Source of the DNA: Octopus sinensis
Lineage: Eukaryota
NCBI RefSeq assembly: GCF_006345805.1
Contig: NC_043000.1
Location: 56,792,001-56,856,000 of the forward strand
Length of the DNA: 64,000 nucleotides
Reading direction: 5' to 3'
The translations under genes were made by a program, and so were the position numbers. Positions 33,679 through 46,155 of this stretch are shown here, piece by piece; positions within the stretch are counted from its first letter, which is position 1, and each line of letters opens with the position of its first letter. The notes under the pieces are model-generated. The model searched no databases, was not told the origin of the DNA, and worked only from the letters and a program-made list of their open reading frames with translations.

Positions 33679-34739
33679 TTTAGTGAGGGAGAGATATGCT
33701 GATAATAACAGATACACTGATTCAGACAAACAGACAGTCTGACAGAAAAAGACAAACTGACAGGCATCAACAGAAAGATAGGCAGAGAGAGAGAAAGAGA
33801 GTCACAAATAATGTGAGAGAAGAAAAAAGAGACAGACAGACAGAGACTGACAAAGATAGAGACAAATATACAAAGTAAAAAGACAGTGGAAAAGAGACAG
33901 AGAGGAAGAAAGAAAGAGAGAAAGACAGAAACAAAGGCGAAGACAGAGAGAAAAACACAAAGAGAGAGAAAGACAAAGAAAGAAGGGAAAAAAATGCATA
34001 ATCTGATATAATTTACACAACTATACAGGTTATTTATTAATCAGAGAGAAAAGAATTACGCACAAAAATATAAGGTGGTTATTTATTTATTTATTTTATT
34101 TATACATTTATTATATTAATTTGTGTATTATTTTGTTCTTTTTCTTTTATTTAATTTAGACACTCATTCACATTTTTATTTATATTTTATGTAAGTATTT
34201 ATTATTCTACTTTGTTGTCTTTATTTATTTATTGTATATTTATGTATTTTTTAATTGTTTTATATTATCTATTTCTTTTTTTATTTATCTATTTATTGAT
34301 TTGTTTTTGGCAAGTGTGCATTATTTGTCTGCATTGCACCTGTACTGAATGAACGAGCCAGGTATAAAAGAAAAAAACAATAAAACAAAAACAAACAAAA
34401 AATAGTAGTATGGGTCGGGGAAGGGGGAAGGAAAGAGGCTTACAGTGGGGGCAGGAAAGGATTGGAACTGACAGTCAACAACAAACAAACAAATAAACAA
34501 AAATCAATAAATAAGCAAATAAACAAACGAATTGTTCCAATTAACCACCATTGCTGTAATTCCACAGTTTTTGGTTCCTCTGGAATCGCAGACTATTCGC
34601 TGCTATTCAAATATGAGAAACTACAAAAACTTTGGTGGATTTGTAATAACTGTTGTTGTTTTTTCCCTGCCACAACAGTGCTGCTTTTATACTGCTACTG
34701 CTACCAGCAGCTCTACTATTACTACTACTATTAGTTTCT

Positions 34740-34945
34740 AACAGGCACAAAGCAAAAAAAAATTTTGAAGAGTTCAATTGATTAAATTAACACCAGTACT
34801 TTATGGGCACTTTATTGCAATCAACCGCCAGAATGATAAAAAACGAAGTTGCTCTCAGTACAATTTGAACTCAGAACATAAAGAGCCACAGCTAAATCCC
34901 ACAAGGTCATTCGTCTAATGCATTACTAATTCTGCCATTTCATTA
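34740..34945 (-). mobile_element. Nin-domain-like SINE, highly diverged
   Basis: caatttgaactcagaacataaagagcc and flanks. Confidence 0.55.
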
Positions 34946-35424
34946 CTCCTAACTATTACCACTAATAGCATTCTGTGTCATGTTTAACTTAGATATACTG
35001 CAATAAATCTTGAAACTGTGTTTGTCCTGAGAAGGTATCTTGCATGGACAGATAGTGTTAAAAAACACAGATATATATCAGTAGCAGACAAAGCATATCT
35101 AGTAGGATTGTTAAGTGCATGTTTCTGGGAGATTTTTTTTTTTTTTTTTAGCATCATCACTAGCAGGCATCCACTAGCTATGACAAAGTTAGCCTTTACT
35201 GATATAGAAAGACAGTTATTAACAAACAGCAGTATCACTATTTGCCAGCAGATAAAAATCTGTTATGAACAACAGAAGCAGTATTAGCTAAGAAGAGCAT
35301 TCTGTATGTCATACTTAACTCATCCTTGAAACTGTGATATTCATCTTGAGAAAGCATCTCTTATAGATACGTAGTGCTAAAAAACATCTAATGCTAATTA
35401 ATTGATATTAATAAGTGCCAATTA

Positions 35425-35760
35425 TCTGACCACAATAATCTGGAACATGCCTGTCCAAACAAACAAGGTGATCATGACAACCCATTAAGATATAATTATG
35501 AAGGACTTGTATGAAAATCTCTTTAATCTGAAAGTCATCTCTATAACTTCTGATTAAATTATTGTCCTGAAGGATGTTGAGAAACTGTCAAAGTACAAGG
35601 ATCTTGACATGGAAATAAGCATTAACAATAATGGTTCCAGAACTAGGAATGATGAAGTAAAACAAGAACAAAAACATAAAAATCATACCAAAAGTCACAA
35701 CTCAATGTTGGCCAAAACAGTGAACTTGTTAGGCACAGTCCACAACCTACAGGAAACCCA
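35425..35760 (+). pseudogene. Fossil restriction-like endonuclease region of an R4/Dong-like non-LTR retrotransposon
   Basis: TTIIWNMPVQTNKVI...DIIMKD...KDVEKLSKYKDLDMEIS and ...KTVNLLGTVHNL match R4-type RLE motifs (W..P..TD..I..N.PDI, EK..KY.DL..EI, LLGT..ILR). Confidence 0.65.
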
Positions 35761-35778
35761 ATTCAATAGAAATAATTT

Positions 35779-36175
35779 GACTGTGTGGTAAGTAGCTTGC
35801 TTACCAACCACATGGTTCCGGGTTCAGTCCCACTGCGTGACACCTTGGGCAAGTGTCTTCTACTATAGCCTTGGGCCGACCAAAGCCTTGTGAGTGGATT
35901 TGGTAGACAGAAACTGGAAAAAGCCCATTGTATATATGTATATATATGTGTGTGTGTATGTGTGTGTAAATGTTTGTGTCTGTGTTTGTCTCCCCAACAT
36001 TGCTTGACAACCGATGCTGGTGTGTTTACCTCCCCATAACTTAGCGGTTCGGCAAAAGAGACCGATAGAATAAGTACTAGGCTTACAAAGAATAAGTCCT
36101 GGGGTTGATTTGCTTGACTAAAAAGGCATTGCTCCAGCATGGCCGCAGTCAAATGACTGAAACAAGTAAAAGAGT
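35779..36175 (+). mobile_element. Young near-full-length CORE-type SINE
   Basis: Near-identical to the other young copies. Confidence 0.9.
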
Positions 36176-37568
36176 ATGCATTAAATAAATACTCTACAGA
36201 ATCAGCACCCAATAATATAACACAATATATACTCTCATATGATCAACACCCAGTACGACACTACATCCTACATTTTACCATCAACTCGGATTCTACAAAA
36301 CTGTGTGCCTAATTATTAAACAATCCATGTACACATACTCTGCGCAATCACCAGCTGACATTAAAAACAACACATACTAGGTTAGCTTATACACCAAGAC
36401 AACTTTGGAAGTCTTAAAATTCCATGTGAAATACAGCAGGATTTGGTAAGATTTGAATGTTTACAGTACATACCATATACAATAACTTGTATGCCAGAGA
36501 ATAAGGTAAACAAGCTCATACAGCAGCAGCACTGCCATCCCCACCACCACCATGACATCGACATCATCATCATACTACTACAACTACTACTACTACTACT
36601 TTCATCCTCTGACATAGAGTGGAAGTGATTGTCATGGAGGAAAGGAATTCTTTGAGGGGTTCCTCCTCACATTCTTCTCACAGCACAGCAAGGTTAATTT
36701 TGAAAGTGAGGAGAAGAACTGACCCAAGTAGTTGATATGACATTATGATGGACATAGTTGAGCTTTGGGAGAACTTGAACTTAGAATATAAAAGAGCTGG
36801 GTCAAATGTTGCAAGGCTTTGTCTGATGTTTTGGTAGTTCTACCAAATGGCCATCACCATCATCACCACCACCACTACCATGCTTTCTAACAATGCAAAC
36901 AAAACAAACATTGCCAGATGTTATAACGTAAGATGAATAATGATATTGTGCTCAGTCAATAACGAATGAAGGAAACATTGCAGCAATTCCAAACTGAAGA
37001 ACAAAATGGTCAGCTGTAACTTCAATTGTTCACAATGCAAAATGAACCGTCTGTATCACAGTAAGCATGCTACAGTGGAAAGAGTAAATCCACAACAATG
37101 AGTCAATGTATATCTAACATCATCTGGTACAGTCAATAAAGTGTTCCCCTTGGGTGAATCAAAGTAAGCTTAAATAATAAATGATGTGGGAATGAAAAAT
37201 GTCACATGATAGAATTGTATCCTCTGATTGGATGACACTTAATAAACAATGTTTCATGTCAAGACAACTGGAGTTGTCTCACCAGATACTAAAGCATGTT
37301 ACACAACTCACATAATGCATGCAAAATAAGGAGGGGCTCCAGTATGGTCCACAGTCCAATAACTGAAGCAAGTAAAAGACTGAGATGAAAAACAGATGAA
37401 ATACTAAAATAGAAAACTGCAAATGACAAAATACGTCTCAAAATAAAGTAGAGCAGATGTAGCGATACAAACACAATACTACACCATTTGAAAGACAGTG
37501 CTACAGACATACACTGCAGAAATGTAAAAGTGCATCCGGAGGTGCAAAAGACAATAACATGAAATGTC

Positions 37569-37606
<38 letters not shown>

Positions 37607-37739
37607 GAAAACATTACAATCACAATTTCTAACTTTTTACTTTAATGAGTTATGAGCAGCAGCAGCAGCAGTAGTAGTAGTAGCAGCATGATGATGATGA
37701 TGACGGCAACAATATGACCTTTCCAATTGTAAGTGGAGG

Positions 37740-37830
37740 CCAAAGATGAAACAAAAGAAAGAAAGGAAGGAAGGAAGAGAGAAAGAGAGAGAGAGAGAGT
37801 GAAAGAGCAAAAGAAAGAAAGGAAGAGCAA

Positions 37831-37910
<80 letters not shown>

Positions 37911-37950
37911 AGGAAAGAAAGAAAGAAACAAACAAACAAACAAACAAACA
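37740..37950. repeat. (GAAA)n/(CAAA)n compound microsatellite
   Basis: Direct reading. Shares gagtgaaagagcaaaagaaag variants with 2281-3440. Confidence 0.9.
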
Positions 37951-38274
37951 AAAAATGAAGGAAGCCAAAGAAATACCTGGGAAAATATATAAAGAACATG
38001 ATGGAATGTAGAAAAGTAGATAAATGGAGAGTGGAAAATCAAGAGGCAACAGGCATCATGAAGAATAATAATTTTATGCTTTGGAGAAAAGAAAGAAAAA
38101 CCAAAAACAGTAATGAATTTTCAACAAAATGGATAGGAAAATCAATAAATTTGATTGAGTTTACTCTATTGGACATATCACTGGTTGGATATTTTTATTA
38201 AATTATATTCTGACTACAAAATTTCCCCTTTGTTCACAGTGTATGCATCTGCCTACTATATATGTGAGCATGTG

Positions 38275-38324
<50 letters not shown>

Positions 38325-38689
38325 TACATACACACACACATACAACTGATTATTGAACTCCAGTTTCATCTTACAACTTTTCGTAGTAATATGTAAATTT
38401 GTGTATGTATTTGTATATGTGTTTGTGAATGTCTGTATGAACATATGTATGTATGTATGTATTTGTATCAGCATCATCATCACCATCATTTAACATCCAC
38501 TTTTCCATGCTCGCACAAGTCGAATGGAAGTTATTGAGGTAGATTTTCTACAGTTGACCACCCTTTCTGTTAACGCCCTCACCTATTCCCAAACAAGTTA
38601 ATGTTCTCCATGACCAGACATGTTAAAACTATCACATGAAGTAAAAGAGACAGTAACATACACACACTCATATACATATAAATAAAAAA

Positions 38690-38932
38690 ATAATTGAGCC
38701 CTTTTAAATCCTAGCCAGGCTCATGGACCCGGTTTCTATGGCGTATGTGTTCCCCAGCTAGATGGGACACCAGTCCATTGCAGCATTACTCATTTTTGCC
38801 AGCTGAGCGGACTGGAGCAACGTGAAATGAAGTATTTTGCTCAAGAACGCAACACGTCACCCGGTCCAGGAATTGAAACCACAATCTTATGATCATGATG
38901 CTGACACCCTAACCACTAAGCCACGTGCCTCC
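38690..38932 (-). mobile_element. tRNA-derived SINE (head B plus tail 2)
   Basis: Reverse complement: ggaggcacgtggcttagtggttagggtgtc...gttcttgagcaaaatacttcatttcacgttgctccagtc...taatgctgcaatggactgg...gaacacatacgccatagaaaccgggtccatgagcctggctagg. Confidence 0.85.
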
Positions 38933-39461
38933 ACATCAAATACATATATACATACATATACAAATAGCTTCTTTCAGCTCCATGTACCAAATCCACTTGC
39001 AACGTTTTGGTTGATCCACTATAGTGGAAGCCACTTGCCCAAGGTGCCATGCAGTAGTGTGTGTATGTGTGTTTTTGTGTGTGTGTGTGTCTGTCTGTCT
39101 GTCTGTGTCTATGTGTAAGAGAGAAAGTTTGTGCATGTACATGTGTATGCATCATGATCCTCATCACCGTCATCATCATCATCATTTAAATGTCCGTTTT
39201 TCCATGCTTGCACGAGTCAGATGAGACTTTTTGGGGCAGACTTTTCTATAGCTAGATCCTTTCCTAATGCAATCTTTTACCTGTTTTATCAATAAGAGTC
39301 CAGTCTATTGAACAATAAACAACCTCAGAATGCTTCTGTAGACGACTGATAACAAACGACACCATTAGCATGTACTGTGAAGCATCTTTTACAATCAGTG
39401 TATATGTGTCAAAACAAGGGAGAATATGAACTCAGTCACACACACACACACACACACACAC

Positions 39462-39520
<59 letters not shown>

Positions 39521-39891
39521 GATAAGAAAACATGAAAACTCAGACACACGCATACAGAGTAAGTTCCTTCCAGTGTCCATTTACCAGTTTCATTCACAAA
39601 GTATTGATCAAGTCAACCTATGGTTATAGTAGAGGACACCAGCCAATAGTGTCCCTATGCAGTGGGATTGAACCTTTAACTATATGATTCTGAAAGCTAA
39701 CTTCTTCACTACATGCCTATGCTTGTGCCTATATATATATATACTCTGTTTTGGTCAATAACATTGATAATGACACATAATTTCTCAGAATCTACACCTT
39801 TCCCAATGTAAGCCACACGACCCACCTCTACGAATTTCCGACTGAACACCATGACATTACTGCATCATCATCTCCATCATTTAACATCCAC

Positions 39892-40144
39892 AATTAATCA
39901 AAGGACATATTAAGTATGTATACCAGCTGGAAATAAGGGTTTTGACTGTTATTTCCAACAGGTAGACATACTTAGTATGTCCTTTGCTTAATTTTAATCT
40001 TTCAGCTATTTTAGGCCTGAAATTGCCTATATTACTGATTTTGTTATTATCATTTTTAATTGTTACACTTTAATTGTTACATTTTTAATAATAGAGTCAA
40101 TAATATCTTCGCAAATATTTTCTCCTGAACTATTTGCTCCATAT
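39892..40144. repeat. Dispersed repeat with a 45-bp-arm terminal hairpin
   Basis: Arms 39892-39936 and 39949-39993 are near-perfect reverse complements. The body is shared with 1-157. Confidence 0.75.
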
Positions 40145-40208
40145 TGAAATATATACATTTATATATATAGCACTCATTCCAAATACAAAAACACACACAC
40201 ACATGCAT

Positions 40209-40252
<44 letters not shown>

Positions 40253-40547
40253 ACATGCTCTCTCTCTCACTTTCTCCTCATCCATCACCCTCTTGTACTG
40301 TCTTATATTCCTCCCCACCACTACAAACTCAATACCACTATAAAATGGTCAAAACTCTTCACACAGGAACTTATTTTGATTTGAAAACTCCACTAGAATG
40401 GGAGAAAGCGCTAATACATGATCTAAGTTATATGATGTATAAAAAATGTAATATACAAATAAATATCTGTAAATATAATCCATCCGATTTTCTGAGTACC
40501 TCATTTCTTCTAATATAAAATACCTGTACATCATCTCCAAACCTTCC

Positions 40548-40596
<49 letters not shown>

Positions 40597-40598
<2 letters not shown>

Positions 40599-40649
40599 TT
40601 GTCAAGCAATGTAGAGGGGACAAAAACAGACAGACAAACATACACACAC

Positions 40650-40693
<44 letters not shown>

Positions 40694-40853
40694 GATGAGC
40701 TTCTTTCAGTTTCCGTCTACCAAATCCACTCACAAGGCTTTGGTCAGTCCGAGGCTATAGAAGACACTTGCCCAAGGTGCCACGCAGTGGGACTGAACCC
40801 GGAACCATGTGGTTCGTAAGCAAGCTACTTACCACACAAACACTCCTACGCCT
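40597..40853 (-). mobile_element. Young CORE-type SINE (5' two-thirds)
   Basis: Near-consensus head and CORE-like block. Confidence 0.9.
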
Positions 40854-40855
40854 GG

Positions 40856-41326
40856 ACTTTTGTGATGAAATACCTTCCTCAACTCTCTCAAAACCTCAAC
40901 AAAGTACTCCTTGTTAAGCTTCTTGGCCAGAGGGAACTAAATAGATGTAGATGATGTCTTTGCTATCAAAAAAGGGAATCGTCATTGCTTCCCGGTGGAC
41001 TTGATTTACCTGCCTTCTTGTGCTAGCAAAAAAACAGGTGATTGGCTCACACAAGTCAATCCATAAGCAGTCTGGAACATTTCATAAGTTTTTATAGTGT
41101 TTTTGCCCAGTTTAACACAAAACTTCATTACATAGTGAACTTTCAAATCGTTTTCACACTCTGACCGCAATCTACAAATTAGTCTGCTGTGACAAGTAGT
41201 GTTTAATCTGGAATAACAAACGTTGGCTAGTCAGCTTATTATAGTAATGATATACTAAAATTACAATAATACAGGACAGTTATAACTGCCAAAAAAAGTT
41301 TCAAAACTTCTGAAATACACCTCATA
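40856..41326 (-). mobile_element. Internally deleted mariner remnant
   Basis: Minus strand TA-tgaggtgtatttcagaagttttg TIR, HYVMKFCVKLGKNTIKTYEMFQTAYG, and a later KKARQ..S...FFDSKDII..VPSGQ-like segment. Confidence 0.7.
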
Positions 41327-41327
41327 T

Positions 41328-41363
<36 letters not shown>

Positions 41364-41370
<7 letters not shown>

Positions 41371-41655
41371 ATCACGTGACCGACCAGACCATCAGATGTT
41401 GTTACACATCGCTGGTCACAATGCGTTCGCATTGTTTTAGCCTTTGAATGACGTCACCCCGCTAGCTAAGCGAGCAGGCCAACAGAAGAAAGAGTGGTGA
41501 AAGAGTACAACAGGGATCACCACCCCTTGCCGGAGCATCGTGGAGGTTTTAGGTGTTTTCGCTCAATAAACACTCACAACGCCCGGTCTGGGAATCGAAA
41601 CCGCGATCCTATGACCATGAGTCCACTGCCCTAACCACTGGGCCATTGCGCCTCC
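41364..41655 (-). mobile_element. Young tRNA-derived SINE (head A plus tail 1)
   Basis: Reverse complement: ggaggcgcaatggcccagtggttagggcagtggactc...ggtttcgattcccagaccgggcgttgtgagtgtttattgagcgaaaacacctaaa. Ends in tcacgtgatcacgtga. Confidence 0.9.
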
Positions 41656-41674
41656 ACACACACACATATATATA

Positions 41675-41730
<56 letters not shown>

Positions 41731-41751
41731 ATATATATATATATATATTAT

Positions 41752-41795
<44 letters not shown>

Positions 41796-42808
41796 TACAC
41801 ACACATGTATCAAGAGAGAGAGAGAGACTGTTCCCTCTGCCATTTTCCTTCTATGCCATTTGTATTACATATGGCTCTTTTTCTTCACCTCTTCGTCAGT
41901 TATTTTTTTCCTTGTGGATTCTAGCTTTTTTGTCATTGTCACTTCTTTTCATGGATTTTACTAGTTTCTCACCATCTTCTGAATGTTCTACCAAACTCTT
42001 TAGATCTTTTAGTATAGCTGTGTAATTTTTACCAATTTCTTTCGGGCTTTTCTTCTCTTTCATAAAATTCATACATTTGTCTCTCTCTCACTTTCAAATT
42101 TTACTTCAAACTTTTCCCCTTTATTAAGAAATGTTTTCACACCCTAACTTACTTCTGTTATACACTCGCATACATACCAATAACACCCCACCATCTTTGC
42201 TCTTGCTGTCCTATGTACTTCATCAATACTTTACTTCGTCACACTTGCATCTCTTCATATACATGCTTTCCTACCACCCTACATATGCACACCAATACTA
42301 AACATGCCACAGTAGTTCCACACCTCCATACACACCATACCTCAGTAACAGACACACGCAACCACCTCTGCCTTATGCCCACTTTCAGACACAAATACAC
42401 TCTTCCACATGCAGCTCGGTTACATCCATTTCTCTCTTCTTAACTTCCCTCCATAGAACAGCATCCCCACCTGGTTTCTAACCCTTCGCCTGTTTGTTTT
42501 TATAATTTTTCTACAATTATTTCTCTTTCTCACACCCTTTGTGCTGCTCTTTTTTTGCTTTTTCCTGCGAAAGGAATAACATCTAAAATGTTAAGACACT
42601 TTCTTTTAGTATTAAAGCATTAAACTTTCTTCTTTCTGTGTTGTTCTTTTTCATGTTTATCGTATTTACATTTTAAATATGTGTTTCTCTGTGTGTGTGT
42701 GTGTGTGTAAAAGATCATATTTGATACATGCATATATTTGCATATATATATATATATGTACAACACCTTCAACAACAAAATAAAAACTAAAAAATCCATA
42801 ATACTTTA

Positions 42809-43195
42809 GTGTGGCTGTGTGGTAAGAAGCTTGCTTCCCAACCACATGGTTCCAGGTTCAGTCCCACTGCATGGCACTTTGGGCAAGTGTCTTCTACTAT
42901 ACCTACAGGCCAACCAAAAACTTGTGAGTGGATTTTGTCAACAGAAGCGGAAAGAGGTCTGCTGTATGTATGTATGTATGTATGTATATATGTATGTATA
43001 TATGTATGTATGCGCGTGCGCACATGTGTGCGTGTGTGTGTGTTTGTGCCTCCCACCATCGCTTGGTATGTTTACATCCCCATGACTTAGTGGTTCAGCA
43101 AAACAGACTGATAGAATAAGTCTTGGGGTCAATTTGTTCGACTAAAGGTGGTGCTCAAGCATGGGATTATCAAATGACTGAAACAAGTAAAAGAA
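42809..43195 (+). mobile_element. CORE-type SINE
   Basis: Full family architecture. Confidence 0.85.
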
Positions 43196-43689
43196 AAAAG
43201 AATACTATATATATATACACACACATACACACACACATATGTATATATACACACATGAGTGAGTAGACAAATGAAAGAAAATGATACTCAACACATTTGG
43301 TAGATGTTACATATACTTTTTTCTTCTGCTGATATCTGATGTGATTGGTCAGTCCTATATGCCACATACAGAGCTGAGTCAAACTGTTATTAAATAAACA
43401 CACACACACATACACACACATATGTATGTACATAAGAACAGTGGGTAAGGTGTACTTAATACTAATACCAATATAGATTGAAGCATAAAAAGTTATGATC
43501 AAAATTGGAATGCTCAAGGGCCTTATGGTAACAGGTGGTTTAATCACAGGCCAGGAATCTTTAATTAGTTCAAAAATTTTCAGTCCCAGATGAAGTCACT
43601 GGTCATTATGAGTCACAACTGTTACATGAAACTCTGAGTAACAATCTATGAAGATTTTCACAGCTTTAATAAAAGAGCCCTACACGCAT

Positions 43690-43856
43690 CTTTTTTCTCT
43701 CCTTGTTTCTTTTCTGTGTATCTTTCTGTTGTGGAGCGTAGGCTCGAAACGTAAAAGACTTGTTCTATTTCTATTCCTGGGCGCCATACTAATACAATTG
43801 TTTGTTTGTACTCCACCTGCCTTCGTCTTTTGTTTATTTTCATAAACCTTCCCGTT
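43690..43856 (+). mobile_element. PLE-like terminal fragment with degenerate hammerhead (43723-43756), ending in (TA)n
   Basis: UUU CUGUUGU G GAGC guag GCUC GAAA CG UA AAA. Homologous to 22561-22700 and 59470-59620. Confidence 0.55.
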
Positions 43857-43879
43857 TTATATATATATATATATATATA

Positions 43880-44087
43880 GTTAATCCAAACATGAAAGCA
43901 CAAAAAAACAACAACGCGAGGACGTGGAACAAATATAGTATTATTGGACACTCAGGAAAGAAGGAAAGAAGGAGGGTTTAACATTTCGAGCAGAGCTCTT
44001 CGTCGGAAACATAGGAGAAGGAAAGATCCAGAGAAGGGAAGACAGAGGAAAAAAATTGCCAACGGTACACACACGGTGACATTTTGA
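43880..44087 (-). mobile_element. PLE-like terminal fragment with near-canonical minimal hammerhead (43977-44009), flanked by (TA)n on both sides
   Basis: Minus strand UUU CCGACGA A GAGC ucu GCUC GAAA UG UU AAA. Confidence 0.6.
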
Positions 44088-44922
44088 ATATATATATATA
44101 TATATATAAGCCTTCTATTTTGCACCAAGAAACAAACATAAAATAGCAACTGAGGAACGAAGTCAATATATTTTGTAGAATATATTATTCTGGCAGGAAA
44201 ATGATAACTGTTAACCTTTGAGTATGACCATAGGCATTTCAAACCGAATAAAGAATGAGTAAGATGAGTATTTGCAAAAGTATACCAGTTTTTATGGTAT
44301 AGACAAATAGAATAGTAAAGATAAGAGATAAGGAAAACAATAATAGAGAGATCAATTGGGATTATGAAGTATTTACTGTGTAAAGAAAAGCAAAAAAAAA
44401 GGTGTGGGTTAGATGAAAAAGAAAAATGTACTAAAATGTGCTAAAGAAAGGTGGGGAATCTATTTTAGTGGAAGGAGTGATTCACAGGATACTGAAATAA
44501 ATTATAATGGAGCTTATAATGAATAATCTTTTTTTCAAATGGAACTTTTGAGACTAATAATTAATTGAATGTTATTTATTCAGATATTTCAATATCAGAC
44601 TGTTATCTAAGGGAAGTGTTTTTCTTTTTATCTATAAACTAGAGTTTGTTTAAAATACGATACATGGTATATTACTTATGTATACACTTTACTAAAAGAT
44701 ATTATATCAAGTTTATTTGAGTGGTAAACACATAGCACTGAAGTTAAATCATTATTTACAATTCTAAATAATGTTATTTAACATAATATACTGCATTATA
44801 AATTTTATCAAGAGGATTTCTGCCGACTAAAGATACATTCTTCTCTGTATCAGAATTTCCTTGATGGGTAACCTACACTGAGGCTTGTTGAGCGCACATC
44901 TCTCTTCATACATTTCTGCATA

Positions 44923-45337
44923 TACTGTTTTACTCTTTTCCTTGTTTCAGTCATTTGACTGTGGCCATGCTGGAGCACCACCTTTAGTCGAGCAAATTGA
45001 CCCCAGGACTTATTCTTTGTAAGCCTAGTACTTATTCTATTGGTCTCTTTTACCGAACCGCTAAGTTACGGGGACATAAACACACCAGCATCGGTTGTCA
45101 AGTGATGTTGTGGACAAACACAGACACACAAATATATACACACACAATACATATATATATATATACATATATACGATGGGCTTCTTTCAGTTTCTGTCTA
45201 CCAAATCCACTCACAAGGCTTTGGTCAGCCCGAGGCTATAGTAGAAGACACTTGCCCAAGGTGCCACGCAGTGGGACTGAACCCGAAACCATGTGGTTGG
45301 TAAGCAAGCTACTTACCACACAGCCACTCCTATGCCT
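44923..45337 (-). mobile_element. Young full-length CORE-type SINE
   Basis: Near-identical to 1371-1773. Confidence 0.9.
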
Positions 45338-45361
45338 ATAAAATATATATATACATATACA

Positions 45362-45575
45362 TTGTAGAGATTGTGGTTTCAATTCCTGGACTGGGGTGAT
45401 GTGGTGTGTTCTTGAGCAAAACACTTTACCTGACGTTACTTTGTGATCACTTTGACACCTGACGTGTGGCACACCATGCATTTGCTTGGGCAATATCGGT
45501 TTGATGGCAGGTGTGAGCTAAAGTATGGTACATATATTTGATCACTATAAACAAATCATTTATGCAGGTTAACAA
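45362..45575 (+). mobile_element. tRNA-derived SINE (head B plus tail 4), 5'-truncated
   Basis: gattgtggtttcaattcctggactgggg...gtgttcttgagcaaaacact followed by a tail unrelated to the other head-B copies. Confidence 0.6.
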
Positions 45576-45663
45576 GAAGCAAAACTGTCTTTCTTGGATT
45601 TCAAGAAACTACCATCAGACAGACAGACAAATATAAGTATATAGATATATATACATACATATA

Positions 45664-45984
45664 GTGAAGACACATGGCTGAGAGGTTAGAGTGTTGGGGT
45701 CATAATCATGAGGTAGTGAGTTCAATTCCCGAACCAGGCTGTGTGTTGTGTTCTTGAGCAAGACATTTTATTTCAAGCTGCTCCAGTTTACTCAGCTGTG
45801 GAAATGCATTTCAACGTCACCAGTGCCAGGCTGTATCAGCCTTTGCCTTTCCCTTGTGGTGTGGAGAGGGGAGGCCGTTACACATGAACAATGGCTGGTC
45901 TTCCATGAACAACCTTACTCGGACTTGTGCCTCAGAAGTAAACTTTCTAGGTGCAATCCCATGGTCATTCATGAGGGAAGTGGG
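45664..45984 (+). mobile_element. tRNA-derived SINE (head B plus tail 3)
   Basis: Homologous to 7885-8199 (reverse complement). Confidence 0.8.
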
Positions 45985-46155
45985 TGTTAGAAGAAAAGGC
46001 ATGGTTGCATGGTTAAGAAATCTGCTTCCCATGTATATAGTTCCAGGTTTAAATGCACCATATGGCACCTTAGGTGTCTTCTACTTTAATGCCAGGTCAA
46101 CCAAAGCCTCAAGATATAATAGAATAGAAACAGAAAAAAAACCAACCTTTATTTA

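Noticed and set aside
44110-44920. Possible decayed Penelope RT body next to the HHR-bearing ends
   Set aside because: I could not recover RT or GIY-YIG motifs in any frame by eye.
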